DNA of 64,000 bases from the human T2T-CHM13v2.0 reference genome, Homo sapiens, in assembly GCF_009914755.1 (NCBI RefSeq), contig NC_060938.1, one strand, 5' to 3'. The notes beneath the pieces are model-generated. The model had not been told where the DNA came from. It did no database searches and saw nothing but the letters and a program-made list of their open reading frames with translations. This document shows positions 25,232 through 38,449 of the stretch, in pieces. The position numbers and the translations under genes were made by a program. Position 1 is the first letter of the stretch; every line of letters begins with the position of its first letter.

Positions 25232-26229
25232 CTAATTTTTCAAATAACTCACACAGGCTCTGCTTGCCTCATCAGGCATGAATCAGATAAATTTAAATAA
25301 ATAAATAAATTCATTTTACACATGGTTCCAAGTCAATAGGTTCAGAGTGAAGGCCTGCGTTTTACCCCACACTTATCCCATAAGGACAATGGGCTTTGGG
25401 ATCACTATCTTCCTTGTTATGCAGATGCCCGTTTCACTACACTCTAGATACCATCAGTGTGCCCAGTAGTCAAACTCACCATAAAAATGCAAATGCATTG
25501 CGAAGCATTTGCACAGAAAAACAACCATTCTTTAATGTTTTCTAGGAAAATAAGGAAACCATAGTAAGATATATGCTGCATATTACTGCCACTTTTTTCA
25601 ATCCCTATCACTGGACTTTTCTGAAATATTGGCAATATTTCAGGTTCTTTAGTCTAAATTTTCTTCTGGACTAAAGACTAAAAAAAAAGCTATACAGAGA
25701 GCTCAAAATAGTAAAAGCGTGCTGTAGAGAAGCACACCTCTCTGGTCTGAGAAATTAGCATTTCCTCTGCCTCATGATTCTGGTGAAGTGTCGAGTTGGA
25801 GTTCTGCAGGGGCAAGCAATGAAAGCTCACCTCAGGAGGTACAGCTGTGCTCAGGTTTAGAACAGTGAAGAACTACAGGTTTTCTCCCTGAAGAGCTGGT
25901 AAGTATTAGGAAAAAGTGGGAACACCACTATCTTTCTTTGTTCATGACAGGGATTACCCAAATCATTTGCCAAAAGGACAGGGCCACAGGTTTCAAATAA
26001 GTCTTTCAGGTTGAGATGGCACAGAACTCATTATCAGATTAGAGATTGAAGGCCACCAGGGTGACTGCTGCTGGGCAGACCTCCCAGAGCCCTGAGTCAC
26101 TCTTCCTGAGGCTGTCCACCCACACTACTGCAAAAGCATGGTCATCTATCAAGTGGCTATAATATGTTTGTGAGGCTCAAATACTCAGATGCTTTTTAGG
26201 CCCTATTTTGTCAGACTTTTCATCACATA

Positions 26230-26655
26230 AATCATATTTCATCATCCCCTACTTCTTTAAATCCTCTTTTTTATCTGCTTCTATGACACCAAACTCTTAT
26301 TCTGACAACCCTTTCTCAGTGTTTCACTGATACCTCCTCCTCTAACTAACTTCTAAAAGTTGGAGTTCCTAAAAGAGCTTTCAGTCCCTATTATTTTTCT
26401 ATCCAGACTTTCTGTTTAGGTAATCTCATTCATTTTCATCATTCTGAATACTATCTATATACTACTGATACAAAAATTTTTCTCCACAGAGATCCCTCTT
26501 CCAAGTTCTAGCTTTGTTTATCCAACTACTTTCCTATTATCTTGCCTTAGATGTCTCAAAAGCTACTCAATTCAACAAAAGCAAAATTGAAATCTTTATC
26601 TGATTTCTTCCATACATTTTGTTCAATAAAAACAGGCTGCCACCTATCCTAGAAG
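26230..26655 (+). mobile_element. L2 body fragment
   Basis: Pyrimidine-rich L2 motifs CTTCTATGACACC, GTTGGAGTTCCT, CTTAGATGTCTC. Confidence 0.6.
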
Positions 26656-27009
26656 AATCACTCTTGGTAATGGTAGACTAGATAAGTCAGACCAACTGTT
26701 CCACTGAGAACAACTAGAAAAGCTAGTGGAAAAGTTGTAAATCTGTTTGAGGGCCCAAGAGAACTAATACAGCAGTGAATAATTATGAGACCAAGACATA
26801 AGACAAGAAGGAGACCTAGAGTGATGAGCCCAGCATCTAAAATCACCTTTTCCCTAGGGACAACTTTCAATTTATGTAGAGATGGTGGAGAGGCAGAGAA
26901 ACTGAGCAAAGCTTTCAATAAACTTATAAGGCAATAGGACATAGGTTAGAATTTAGGGCCTCCTAACAAAGGGAACCCTAGTAAACTCCTAGGCTTTGCT
27001 TTGAAACCC

Positions 27010-27030
27010 TGTATTAGGGTTTGTGTGTGC

Positions 27031-27063
<33 letters not shown>

Positions 27064-27444
27064 TATTGAGATTTATTTTAAGGAATTTGTTCACATGATT
27101 GCGAAGCCTGGCTAGTCTGAAATCTGCAGGACAGGTCAGCAATCTAAGGAAGAGTTAGTGTTGTAGCTCAATCCAAAAGCAGTGTGGAGGCAGAATTCCT
27201 TCTTCCTCAGGGGAACCTCAGGTTTTTTTCTTAAGGCCTTCAACTGACTAGACGAGGGCCACCTACATTATGGACGAGGGCCACCCACATTACGGAAGGT
27301 AATCTGCTTTACTAAAAGCCAACTCATTTAAATGTTAATTTCGTCTTCAAAAAAATAACTTCACAGCAACATCTATACGGGTGTTTGGCCAAATATCTAG
27401 GTGCAGTGGCCTAGCCAAGTTAATGTATAAAATTAACCATCACA
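27010..27444 (-). mobile_element. ERVL solo LTR, MLT2D-like, with internal (TG)n(AG)n and a 22-bp duplication
   Basis: TGTATTAGGGTT...AAAATTAACCATCACA; GAGATTTATTTTAAGGAATT; GACGAGGGCCACC(T/C)ACATTA twice. Confidence 0.85.
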
Positions 27445-28771
27445 GACCAGAAGGGGCCATACCCTAAAAGGAAAGGTGAAGAAGAAAAAGGTAGCCCTTA
27501 CAGAGTTTGAAGCCCAAATTATCTCAATCCTCAAATAGTATAAGATAATCAAGAATTACTAGTGCCCCTAGTGTCTTTTATAAGCAAACATGTCCCTTTC
27601 TCCAAAGGGAGATAATAGTATCATGGGCCTCAAATAATCTTTATAATCTTTATAATTTTTATATATAATGTTCGGAATACACTGAAAAATAATAGGCATA
27701 TAAAGAAAGCAGACAATATGAGCAAAAACTAAGCAAAACAGCAAATAATAGAAACAGACACGTAAATATGTTAAATATAGGCAAGGAAATAATGTAAAAA
27801 ATTAAGAATTTTGGCAGAAGCTGAAAACTTAAAAACAAAAGAACCAAATAAAAATTCCAGGGCTGAAACTACAATATCTGAAATTAGGAACCTAGTGAAT
27901 CGCTTTAGTAGCAGATTGCATATATCAAAAAGAAAAAACAGTACATTGAATGTATTCAAACTGAAACACAGAAAACAAGTCTGTGAAAAGACCTAATGTA
28001 TATGTAAATCAGAGTCCTAAAAGGAGAAAAATTAGACTAAGAGTGAGAAGCAACATTTGAAGAGATTCTGGTCAGAAATCTTAAAAACTTACAAAAGACA
28101 TAAGTCCACAGATTTAAAAAATTCTATGAACCTCCAAACGTAATAGAACAAAGAAAATCATATCATAGGCTTATCATAGTAAAAATATTGAAAATCAAAG
28201 ACCAAAGGGAAACATTAAAAGTAGCTGGGGGAAAACAGGAACCCAAAGATGGCCAAATAGGAACAGGTCCACTCTGCAGCTCCCAGTGAGATCAATGCAG
28301 AAGGCAGATGATTTCTGCATTTTCAACTGAGCTCTGAAGGGAGCAGTGGATCTACCAGCACAGTGTTCAAGCTCTGATAAGGGACAGACTGCCTCCTCAA
28401 GTGGGTCCCTGACCCTGGTGCATCCAGACTGGGAGACACCTCCCAGTAGGGGCCGACAGACACCTCATACAGGAGAGCTCTGCCTGGCATCTGGCGGGTG
28501 GCCCTCTGGGACAAAGCTTCCAGAGTAAGGAACACGCAGCAATCTTTGCTGATTTGCAGCCTCTACCAGTGATAATCAGGCAAACAGGGTCTGCAGCAAA
28601 CTCCAGCCTCCAGCAAACTCCAGCAGACCAGCAGCAGAGGGGCCTGACTGTTAGAAGGAAAACTAACAAACAGAAAGGAATAGTAACAACATCAACAAAA
28701 AGGACGTCCATTCAGAGATCCCAACCAAAGGTTACTGACTTCAAAGACCAAAGGTAGGTAAATCCATGAAG

Positions 28772-29789
28772 ATGGGGAGAAACCAGAACAAAGAGGCTGA
28801 AATTTCCAAAAAGCAGAATGCCTCTTCTTCTACAAAGGATCACAACTCCTCGCCAGCCAGGGAACAAAACTGCACAGAGAATGAGTTTGACGAATTGACA
28901 GAAGTAGGCTTCAGAAGGTAGGTAATAACAAACTCCTCCGAGCTAAAGGAGCATGTTCTAACCCAATGCAAGGAAGCTAAGAACCTTGAAAAAAGGTTAG
29001 ACGAATTGCTAACTAGAATAACCAGTTTAGAGAAGAATATAAATGACCTGACGGAACTGAAAAACACAGCATGAGAACTTCATGAAGCATACACAAGTAA
29101 CAATAGCTGAATCGATCAAGTGGAAGAAAGGATATCAGACATTGAAGATCGACTCAATGAAATAAGGCAAGAAAACAAGATTAGAGAAAAAAAGAGTGAA
29201 AAGAAATGAACAAAGCTTCCAAGAAGTGTGGGAAAAGACCAAATCTACATTTGATTGGTGTACCTGAAAGTGATGGAGAGAATGGAACCAAGTTGGAAAA
29301 CACTCTTCAGGATATTATCCAGGAGAACTTCCCCAACCTGGCAAGAGAGGCCAACATTCAAATTCAGGAAATACAGAGAACACCACAAAGATACTTCTCA
29401 AAAAGAGCAACCCCAAGACATGTAATCATCAGATTCACCAAGGTTGAAATGCAGAAAAAATGTTAAGGGCAGCCAGAGAGAAAGGTTGGGTTACCCACAA
29501 AGGGAAGCCCATCAGACTAACAGCAGATCTTTCAGCAGAAACCCTACAAGCCAGAAGAGAGTGGGGGCCAATATTCAACATTCTTGAAGAAAAGAATGTT
29601 CAACCCAGAACTGCATATCCAGCCAAACTAAGCTTCATAAGTGAAGGAGAAATAAAATCCTTTACAGACAAGCAAATGCTGAGAGACTTTGTCACCACCA
29701 GGCCTGCCCTACAAGAGCTCCTGAAGGAAACACTAAACATGGAAAGGAACAACCAGTACCAGCCACTGCAAAAACATACCAAATTGTAA
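28772..29789 (+). pseudogene. L1PA ORF1p, disrupted
   Basis: ATGGGGAGAAACCAG start; RPNLHLIGVPESDGENGTKLENTLQDIIQENFPNL; MLRAAREKG...QPLQKHTKL*; internal stops and frameshifts. Confidence 0.92.
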
Positions 29790-29852
29790 AGCCCGTCAGT
29801 GCTATGAAGAAACCGTATCAACTAACAAACAAAATAACCAGCTAGCATCATA

Positions 29853-32800
29853 ATGGCAGGATCAAATTCACATATAACAATATTAACCTTAAATGTAAAT
29901 GGGCTAAATGCCCCGTTTAAAAGACACAGACTGGCAAATTGGATAAAGAGTCAAGACCCATCAGTGTGCTGTATTCAGGAGACCCATCTCATGTGCAAAG
30001 ACACACATAGGCTCAAAATAAAGGGATGGAGGAATATTTACCAAGCAAATGGAAAGCAAAAAAAAAAGCAGGGATTGCAATCCTAGTCTCTGATAAAACA
30101 AACTTTAAATGAACACAGATCAAAAGAGACAAAGCAGGGCATTACACAACAGTAAAGTGATCAATGCAACAAGAATATATAAATATATACTTATATATTT
30201 TATAATTATATATACATTTATAATTATCCAATACAGGAGCACCCAGATTCATAAAGCAAGTTCTTAGAGACATACAAAGAGACTTAGACTCCCACATAAT
30301 AATAGTGGGAGACTTCAACGCCCTACTGTCAATATTAGACAGATCAATGAGACAGAAAATTAACAAGGATATCCAGGACTTGAACTCAGCCTTGGACCAA
30401 GTAGACCTAACAGACATCTACAGAACTCTCCACCTCAAATCAACAGAATATACATTCTTCTTGGCACCACATCACACTTATTCTAAAACTGACCACATAA
30501 TTGGAAGTAAAACACTCCTCAGCAAATGCAAAAGAATGGAAATCATAACAGTCTCTCAGACTACAGCGCAATCAAATTAGAACTCAGGATTAAGAAACTC
30601 ACTCAAAACCGCACAACTACATGGAAACTGAACAACCTGCTCCTGAATGAATGCTGGGTAAACAACGAAATGAAGACAGAAATAAAGATGTTCTTTGAAA
30701 CCAATGAGAACAAAGACACAATGTACCAGGATCTCTGGGACACAGTTAAAGCAATGTGTAGAGGGAAATTTATAGCACTAAATGCCCACAAGAGAAAGCA
30801 GGAAAGATCTAAAATCGATATCCTAACATCACAATTAAAAGAACTAGAGAAGCAAGAGCAAACAAATTCAAAAGCTAGCAGAACACAAGAAATAACTAAG
30901 ATCATAGCAGAACTGAAGGAGATAGAGACATAAAAAAACCCTTCGAAAATCAATGAATCCAGGAGCTGGTTTTTCGAAAAGATGAACAAAATAGATAGAT
31001 CACTAGCCAGACTAATAAAGAAGAAAAAGAGAGAAGAATCAAATGGATGCAATAAAAAATGATAAAGGAGATAATCAGATATCACCACTGATCCCACAGA
31101 AAGACAAACTACCTACAAAGAATACTATAAACACTTCTAAGCAAATAAACTAGAAAATCTAGAAGAAATGGATAAATTCCTGGACACATACACCCTTGCA
31201 AGACTAAACCAGGAAGAAGTCAAATCCCTGAATAGTCCAATAACAAGTTCTGAAATTGAGGCAGCAATTAATAGCCTACCAACCAAAAAAAGTCCAGGAC
31301 CAAACAGATTCACAGCCGAATTCTACCAGAGGTACAAAGAGGAGCTGGTACCATTCCTTCTGAAACTATTCCAAATAACAGAAAAAGAGGGAATGATCCC
31401 TAACTCATTTTATGAGGCCAGCATCATCCTGATACCAAAACCTGGCAGAGACACAACAAAAAAAGAAAATTTCAGGCCAATATCCCTGATGAACATCAAT
31501 ACAAAAATTCTTAATAAAATACTGGCAAACAGAATCCAGCAGCACATCAAAAAGTTTATCCACCATGAACAAGTTGGCTTTATCCCTGGGATGCAAGGAT
31601 GGTTCAACATATGCAAATCAATAAATGTAATCACATAAACAGAACTAATGACAAAAGCCACATGATTTTCTCAATAGATGCAGAAAAGGCCTTCAAAAAA
31701 TTCAACAGCCCTTCATGTTAAAAACTATCAATAAACTAGGCATTGACGGAACGTATCTTAAAATAATAAGAGCTATTTATGACAAACCCACAGTCAATAA
31801 CATACTGAATGGGCAAAAACTGGAAGCATTCCCTTTGAAAATCAGCACAAGACAAGGATGCCCTCTCTCACCACTCCTATTCAACCATAGTATAGGAAGT
31901 TCTGGCCAGGACAATCAAGCAAGAGACAGAAATAAAGGGTATTCAATTAGGAAAAGAGGAAGTCAAATTGTCTCTGTTTGCAGATGACGTGATTGTGTAT
32001 TTAGAAAACCCCATCGTCTCAGTCCAAAATCTCCTTAAGCTGATAAGCAACTTCAACAAATCTCAAGATACAAAATCAGTGTGCAAAAATCACAAGCATT
32101 CCTACACACTAATAATAGACAAGCAGAGAGCCAAATCATGAGTGAACTCCCATTCACAACTGCTACAAAGAGAATAAAATATCTAGGAATACAACTTATA
32201 CAGGATGTGAAGGACCTCTTCAAGCAGAAACACAAACCACTGCTCAAGGAAATAAAAGAGGACACAAATGGAAAAACATTCCATGCTCATGGATAGGAAG
32301 AATCAATATCATCAAAATGGCCATACTGACCAAAGTAATTTATAGATTCAATGCTATCCCGATCAAGCTACCATTGACTTTCTTCACAGAATTGGAAAAA
32401 ACTACTTTAAATTTCATATGGAACCAAAAAAGAGCCCACAGAGCCAAGACAATACTAAGCAAAAAGAACAAAGCTGGAGGCATCACATTACCTGACTTTA
32501 TACTACAAGGCTACAGTAAAAATAATAATAATAATAATAATAATAATCATGGTACTGGTACCAAAACAGATATATAGACCAATGGAACAGAAGAGAGGCC
32601 TCATAAATAATGCCACATGTCTACAACCATCTGATCTTTGACAAACCTGACAAAAAGAAGAAATGGGGAAAGGATTCCCTATTTAATAAATGGTGTTGCA
32701 AAAACTGGCTAGCCATATGCAGAAAGCTGAAACTGGATCCCTTCCTTACACCTTATACAAAAATTAACTCAAGAGGGATTAAAGACTTAAATGTAAGACC

Positions 32801-33712
32801 TAAAACCATAAAAACCCTAGAAGAAAAACCTAGGCAATACAATTCAGGACATAGGCATGAGCAAAGACTTCATGACTAAAACACCAAAAGCAATGGCAAC
32901 GAAAGCCAAAATTGACAAACGGGATCTGATTAAACTAAAGAGCTTCTGCACAGCAAAAGAAACTATCATCAGAGTGAACAGGCAACCTATAGAATGGGTG
33001 GAAATTTTTGCAATCTATCCATCTGACAAAGGGCTAATATCCAGAATCTACAAATAACTTAAATAAATTTACAAGAAAAAAACCCCATCAAAAAGTGGGT
33101 GAAGGATATGAACAGACATTTCTCAGAAGAAGATATTTATGCAGCCAACACACATATGAAAAAAAGCTCATCATCACTGGTCATTAGAGAAATGCAAATC
33201 AAAACCACAATGTGATACCATCTCACGCCAGTTAGAATGGCAATCATTAAAAAGTCAGGAAACTACAGATGCTGGAGAGGATGTGGAGAAATAGGAACAC
33301 TTTTACACTGTTGGTGGGAGTATAAATTAGTTCAACCATTGTGGAAGATAGTGTGGCAATTCCTCAAGGATCTAGAACTAGAAATACCATTTGACTCAGC
33401 AATCCCATTACTGGGTATATACCCAAAGGGTTATAAATCATGCTACTATAAAGACACATGCACATGTATGTTTATTGCGGCACTGTTCACAATAGCAAAG
33501 ACGTGGAACCAACCCAAATGCCCATCAATGATAGACTGGATAAAGAAAATGTGGCACATATACACCATAGAATACTATACAGCTATAAAAAAAGGATGAG
33601 TTCATGTCCTTTGCAGGGACATGGGTGATGCTGGACACCATCATTCTCAGCAAACTAACACAAGAACAGAAAACCAAACACCACATGTTCTCACTAATAA
33701 CTGGGAGTTTAA
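29853..33712 (+). pseudogene. L1PA ORF2p (endonuclease/reverse transcriptase), disrupted
   Basis: MAGSNSHITILTLNVNGLNAP; [13 protein letters not shown]; FADD (TTTGCAGATGAC); CWRGCGEIGTLLHCWW; many frameshifts. Confidence 0.95.
32521..32547. repeat. (AAT)9 microsatellite in L1 ORF2
   Basis: Perfect trinucleotide run. Confidence 0.9.
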
Positions 33713-34409
33713 CAATGAGAACACATGGACACAGGGAGGGGAACATCACATATTGCGGCTTGTAGGCGAGTGGGGGGCTAGGGGAGGGATAGCATTAGGA
33801 GAAATACCTATTGTAGATGATGGGTTGATGGGTGCAGCAAGCCACCATGGCAAGTGTATACCTATGTAACAAACCTGCACATTCTGCACATGTACCTCAG
33901 AACTTAAAGTATAGTAATAATTAAAAAAACAAAACAGGAAAAAAAAGTGGCTGGGTGTAGCATGATTATTTCACAGGAGCAATTACAAGTTTGACAGTTT
34001 ACAAACCATAGATGTGAAGATACAGTGAATTGCTATCTTAAAAGTACTAAATATATATGTAATTCCCATATTAGAATACATTACTCACTTAGGGAAGTTA
34101 TCATTCAAAAATGAAGGAAAAATAGACATTTTTGATGAACTTTAAAAAGACAATTTGTCACAGAAAACATACACCAAAATAATTAACTAAAGGGTAGCCT
34201 TTGAGAAGAAAAATGGTCCCAGATGAAAGCACAGAGATGCAAAAAGGAATAGCAATGAAAATTTATATATGTGGGTGAATATAAAATTATATTGACTATA
34301 TAAAGTCACAGTAACAATATCTTGTTGGAGTTAAAACATATAATGACAAAATATGACAAAAGAGCATATACATTTGGGGGTGGTAATTTAGAGATATAAT
34401 ATTCTAAGA

Positions 34410-34640
34410 TAGTGCTACTAAAAGCACCAGTCCACAGCAAATTAAGGAACTAGCTCCAAAATATAAATTGATGCACTACTTCTTTCATTTAGAAAATATT
34501 ATTTTTTAAAAAACAAATGTCAGCTGAAATAAACATATACTTAGTGATATAGTTGATTTACATTCTGGTACCACCTTCTTAGTTCATTGAAAATTGGAAA
34601 GTTTGTGAACCAGCTGCTGATCCAAGAACCATGGTTTGCT
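34410..34640. mobile_element. Probable hAT-Charlie-type DNA transposon relic inserted in the old L1
   Basis: Starts TAGTGCTACTAAAAG (resembles the CAGTGCTACTCAAAG TIR); bracketed by direct repeat TATTCTAAGAT (34400-34410 / 34640-34650). Confidence 0.55.
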
Positions 34641-36329
34641 ATTCTAAGATTCTTGCATTATTTGGTATGAGGAAAAAGTACTAATATGTATTAGACTTTG
34701 GTAAGTCAAGAAGCATAATATAATTTCTAGGATTACCAATGGAAGAATAATGAAATAATGTTTAACTTGGGATAATAGAAAGTAATCCAAAGACAAAGGA
34801 AGGAGAAAGAAAAAAGAACATAGAATAGGTAGGGAAAATAAAAAGCAAATAGTAAGATAGTAGGTTGAGGTCCAAATATATCATAATTTCCTTCAATGTA
34901 AATAAACGAAATACTTCAGTTAAAAGACAAAGGTTGACAGGCTGGATTTCCAAAGGAATATACACCCTGCTTAAAGAAACATATTTAAATATAATACAGA
35001 AAGGTCAGAAGTAAGAGAATAGAAAAAGATATATCATAAAAACACTAACCAAAAGAAAGCTGTGATAGTTATATTGCTCAGATAAATAAGACTTTAGAGC
35101 AAAAAACATTATTAAAGAACATTCCATAATAATAAAAAGGTCAATACATGAGGAAAATATAACTGTTAAATTTGCTTATATTTTATAGTGTAGCTTCAAA
35201 ATACATAAAGCAAAAAATACAGAAAGAGAATGTTCAAATTCACAATTACAAAGGAAAACATGCCTCTCTTATAGCGAGAACAAGCAGTCAAAAAAAAGAA
35301 GAGTACAGAAGATCTAAACAACATGATTAAATTTTCCATGGTTAACATATATAGAGAACACTGCACTTAATGACTGCAGAATACATTTTTTTTCAAAAAC
35401 ACACTAAACATTTACCTAAATTGCCATATTTCAAGCCATAAACCAGTCTCGATATAGTTTCAAAAATCAAAATTATATCAGAGTATGTTCTTTGGCTTCA
35501 GTGGAATTAAGCTGAATTACAATCCCTATGTTTGTATATTAAGAAGTAAACTTCTAAATACTGATAGGCCAAAGAAGAAATCACAGAAGAAATGATATAA
35601 CCAATATTAACCAAACAATTATATGTGTGTGTGTTTATGTATGTGTATATATGTGTGTGTATATATATGTGGGTGTGTTTATATATATATAAAGAGGAAG
35701 CATTTCTATGTTAGGAAATGGAGTACGTTCACAGAAGGTGATGATCTAATCAGAGGTGGATTCTTGCTTGGCTACCTTTGCAAGAGGGACATGCAGAATT
35801 TGGGGATGAAAGTGAGGGTGTGACTCCATGGTACCTTCTGGAAGATGGTGTTACCCAACCTGTTTTATATTACATTAGAAGGAAGGCTGAAAATCAATGC
35901 ACTAAATATCCACTTCAGGAAGTTAGAAAAAGAACAGAAAATTGGGCCCAAAGAAATGAGAAAGAAGAAAATTATAAAAATTCGAGCATATGTTAATGAA
36001 AAAGTAAACAGACAGAAAATAGAGGGGACCAGCAAAGAAAACAGAAGGCTTATCAAAAAGACTAACATGGTGATAAACTCTTTAAAGAGAAGACAAAAAC
36101 AATCAATATCAGAAATGAAAAGGGGGGCATCACTATAGATCATACAAACATTGAAAGGATAATGAGAAGATAATACAAAAAAACCCCTAAATGCCATAAA
36201 ACATACACACAACTTAGCAAAACTAAAATTAAAGATTAATTTACTATTTAACACCTTCCCACAAAGAAAACTTTAAGCCCTGATGGCTTCCTTGTGAATT
36301 CTACAAAATATTTTGAGAAAAAAATAATG

Positions 36330-36430
36330 CCATGACTGTTCTCTTCTCTATTTCATCCCAGAGCCTGGTACACAGTATAGCATTAAATAAATCATTGTTG
36401 AAATAATGAGTGAATGAATAAATGAATGAA
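36330..36430 (+). mobile_element. L2 3' end with (TGAA)n tail
   Basis: AGAGCCTGGTACACAGTA...TGAATGAATAAATGAATGAA. Confidence 0.75.
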
Positions 36431-37264
36431 ATATGTGAATGCTTCATATATTCCAAGTACACTAAAAGTATGTACAGCTTTTTAAGTAAATTCCTTCCTA
36501 TGTGCATATTTAAACAACAGGCATAAAAGCAACCAAAGGCAATACATCAAGAGTTAAAAGCTTTTATTCAGCTACAAATACAGTTTCCTAGCTAAGTCAA
36601 GTTAAAAACCTCCCTTTTCAATGGTAAGCAAATAATGTTCCTAAAATAAAACAAAATGTGCAGCCAGTGATATTTATTTACAAATGCCCTACGACCACCT
36701 TCTAAGAAATGCTAAATGATGACAGAACTTCAGAAAGCACCAGTAGAGCCAACATGTTTCTGTTTAAAATATTATCTTCATGTGATGACCCCAGCAAAAC
36801 AATCTGTATTAGTCTTACAACTAATCTCTAACTTCAGAGTGATACAAAATTAATTTGGTTATGCCCTTGACCTTGTTTTTTTTTTCTACCTACAAAGATA
36901 TCTACTGCTATGTGAATATAGACTCTATAGGGATCCCATTTCCTTGATACAATTTATTGATGGCATCAACTCCCTCATTATCCCATAAAGAGTGGAAATA
37001 AATATTTTCTGTTTCTTCAAAGTTTAAAAGACATGGCCAGACTTTGTACTATGATTGGAATCAGGTCAAAGTCAATGCTCTTTCTAGGATTAAACCAAAA
37101 TCAAAGTCATCAGTTGATAATCTGATACACAAAGGTAAAGTAGTCTGGTAGGTAGGAGAGAAGAAGCTTCCACTGTCTGTGTCCTTACTTGAAGAAAACA
37201 AGAAGAGTCCAAATAAACATCAGGACACTTAAGAGTTCTAGAAGCAATCAGAACTGGTGAGGCA

Positions 37265-37482
37265 ACAAGGGTTTTATACTCTCATGGTATTGAGTTCAAA
37301 CCCCAGCTCTGCAACATTCAAGTTGTGTGACCCTAGCAAGTCTCCAAAACTCACTCAGCTTCAATTTCTTCATCCGTAGAAGGAGGATATCATCGCCACC
37401 TCAAAAGTTTCCTGTGAGAAATTACAGATTATCTATAGAAATTACCTGGCACACAGTAGGAGCTTAATAAACGTTAGTTATT
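37265..37482 (+). mobile_element. MIR SINE
   Basis: GAGTTCAAACCCCAGCTCTGC...TGTGTGACCCTAGCAAGT...CCTGGCACACAGTAGG. Confidence 0.8.
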
Positions 37483-38404
37483 CAGTGTAATAGACATTGG
37501 TGGCCTTTCTTCTATTCCTCCTTTGTAAAAATGAATTTTAAAGCAGAGAATCGGAACTAGCAAAGGGCATTCTTAAATACTAACATTCCTCCTGGGCATG
37601 TGTAACATGACACCTAACCAGGACATCTAACACCCGTCAAAAATGAAACATGAGTTAGATAGAAACATGACTTTATTATCTCACATTCCCAGATTAGCAT
37701 TATGTAATAAACCAAGTGATATCAGAATAATTACACAGATTAATTATTACCCAGGACAATTTTTGGAACCACATGGGAAAGAAACATAAAGGAGAAGGGA
37801 GGAGAAGAGAAGGGGAGAGGAAGGGAAGACTTAGGAAGATAAGGAAAAACTAACCAACTGCATCAGGATTGAAATTTGCTTACAGAAAACAATATGGGAC
37901 TATTTTCTCCTTTCGGCTATATTTCTTATAAAGGCAAAGATCATGTCTCCTATGCTCACTTCTGCATGCCCAGTAGCTACTAGAGTTCACTCTGCAACCA
38001 AGAACTCAACAACACAAAGGACTGATTTTATTTAATAAGTACTTGAAACTGGAATTCCAGATAGGAGTGTCCCTTGGTTTGCACCTACCGGCTGTCACTT
38101 AACCATCTCTCTCACCCCACAAGAAGACCTTTTCAAATAAATGATTTGAGAGTACTGAAGGATGGCCTCAATTTCAGCTCTCACTCTGCCCGTGTTCTCA
38201 GTTGCCTTGTAATACAATTTCTGGTGCTAGATATTATAATGCAAAAAATCTGTTTAGATACTCTAAGGTATATGCAACAAAACAAAGATAGAGCTGAGCA
38301 GTTAGAAATCAGTCAATATAGTGTCTGCTCTTATTATTGAGAGATGTCTAATCTCATTAATCAGTTTCAGTAGAGAATGAGAGGCATGTAGTAAAATTTA
38401 ATAC

Positions 38405-38408
<4 letters not shown>

Positions 38409-38448
<40 letters not shown>
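38409..38448. repeat. (TA)20 microsatellite
   Basis: Perfect run; a degenerate (TA)n/(GA)n tract continues at 38545-38625. Confidence 0.97.

Positions 38449-38449
<1 letters not shown>

Larger units (their letters stand above)
28242..33946 (+). mobile_element. L1PA7-like LINE-1, full length except for a precise intra-5'UTR intron loss (SpIRE-type)
   Basis: AAGATGGCCAAATAGGAACAG start; junction CAACTGAG|CTCTGAAG at 28331/28332; ORF1, ORF2 and PA7-type 3'UTR (GGAGAAATACCTATTGTAGATGATGGGTTG); A tail with flanking direct repeats. Confidence 0.92.
26660..36330 (+). mobile_element. Old L1M (L1MC/ME-like): 5' region, ORF1 and start of ORF2; hosts MLT2, L1PA7 and hAT insertions
   Basis: ORF1 relic (TISEIRNLVNRFSSRL) at 27.8-28.2 kb resumes at 33.95 kb; ORF2 EN-like sequence from ~34.86 kb; A-rich sense strand. 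Confidence 0.7.

Noticed and set aside
30603-31097. Longest ORF in the window (164 aa, hydrophobic, minus strand)
   Set aside because: Antisense frame of A-rich L1 ORF2; the Phe/Leu/Ser bias is compositional.
29206-33599. Multiple 70-156 aa ORFs with clear protein motifs (ORF1p, EN, RT)
   Set aside because: Fragments of one frameshifted L1PA7; not a functional gene or an active element.
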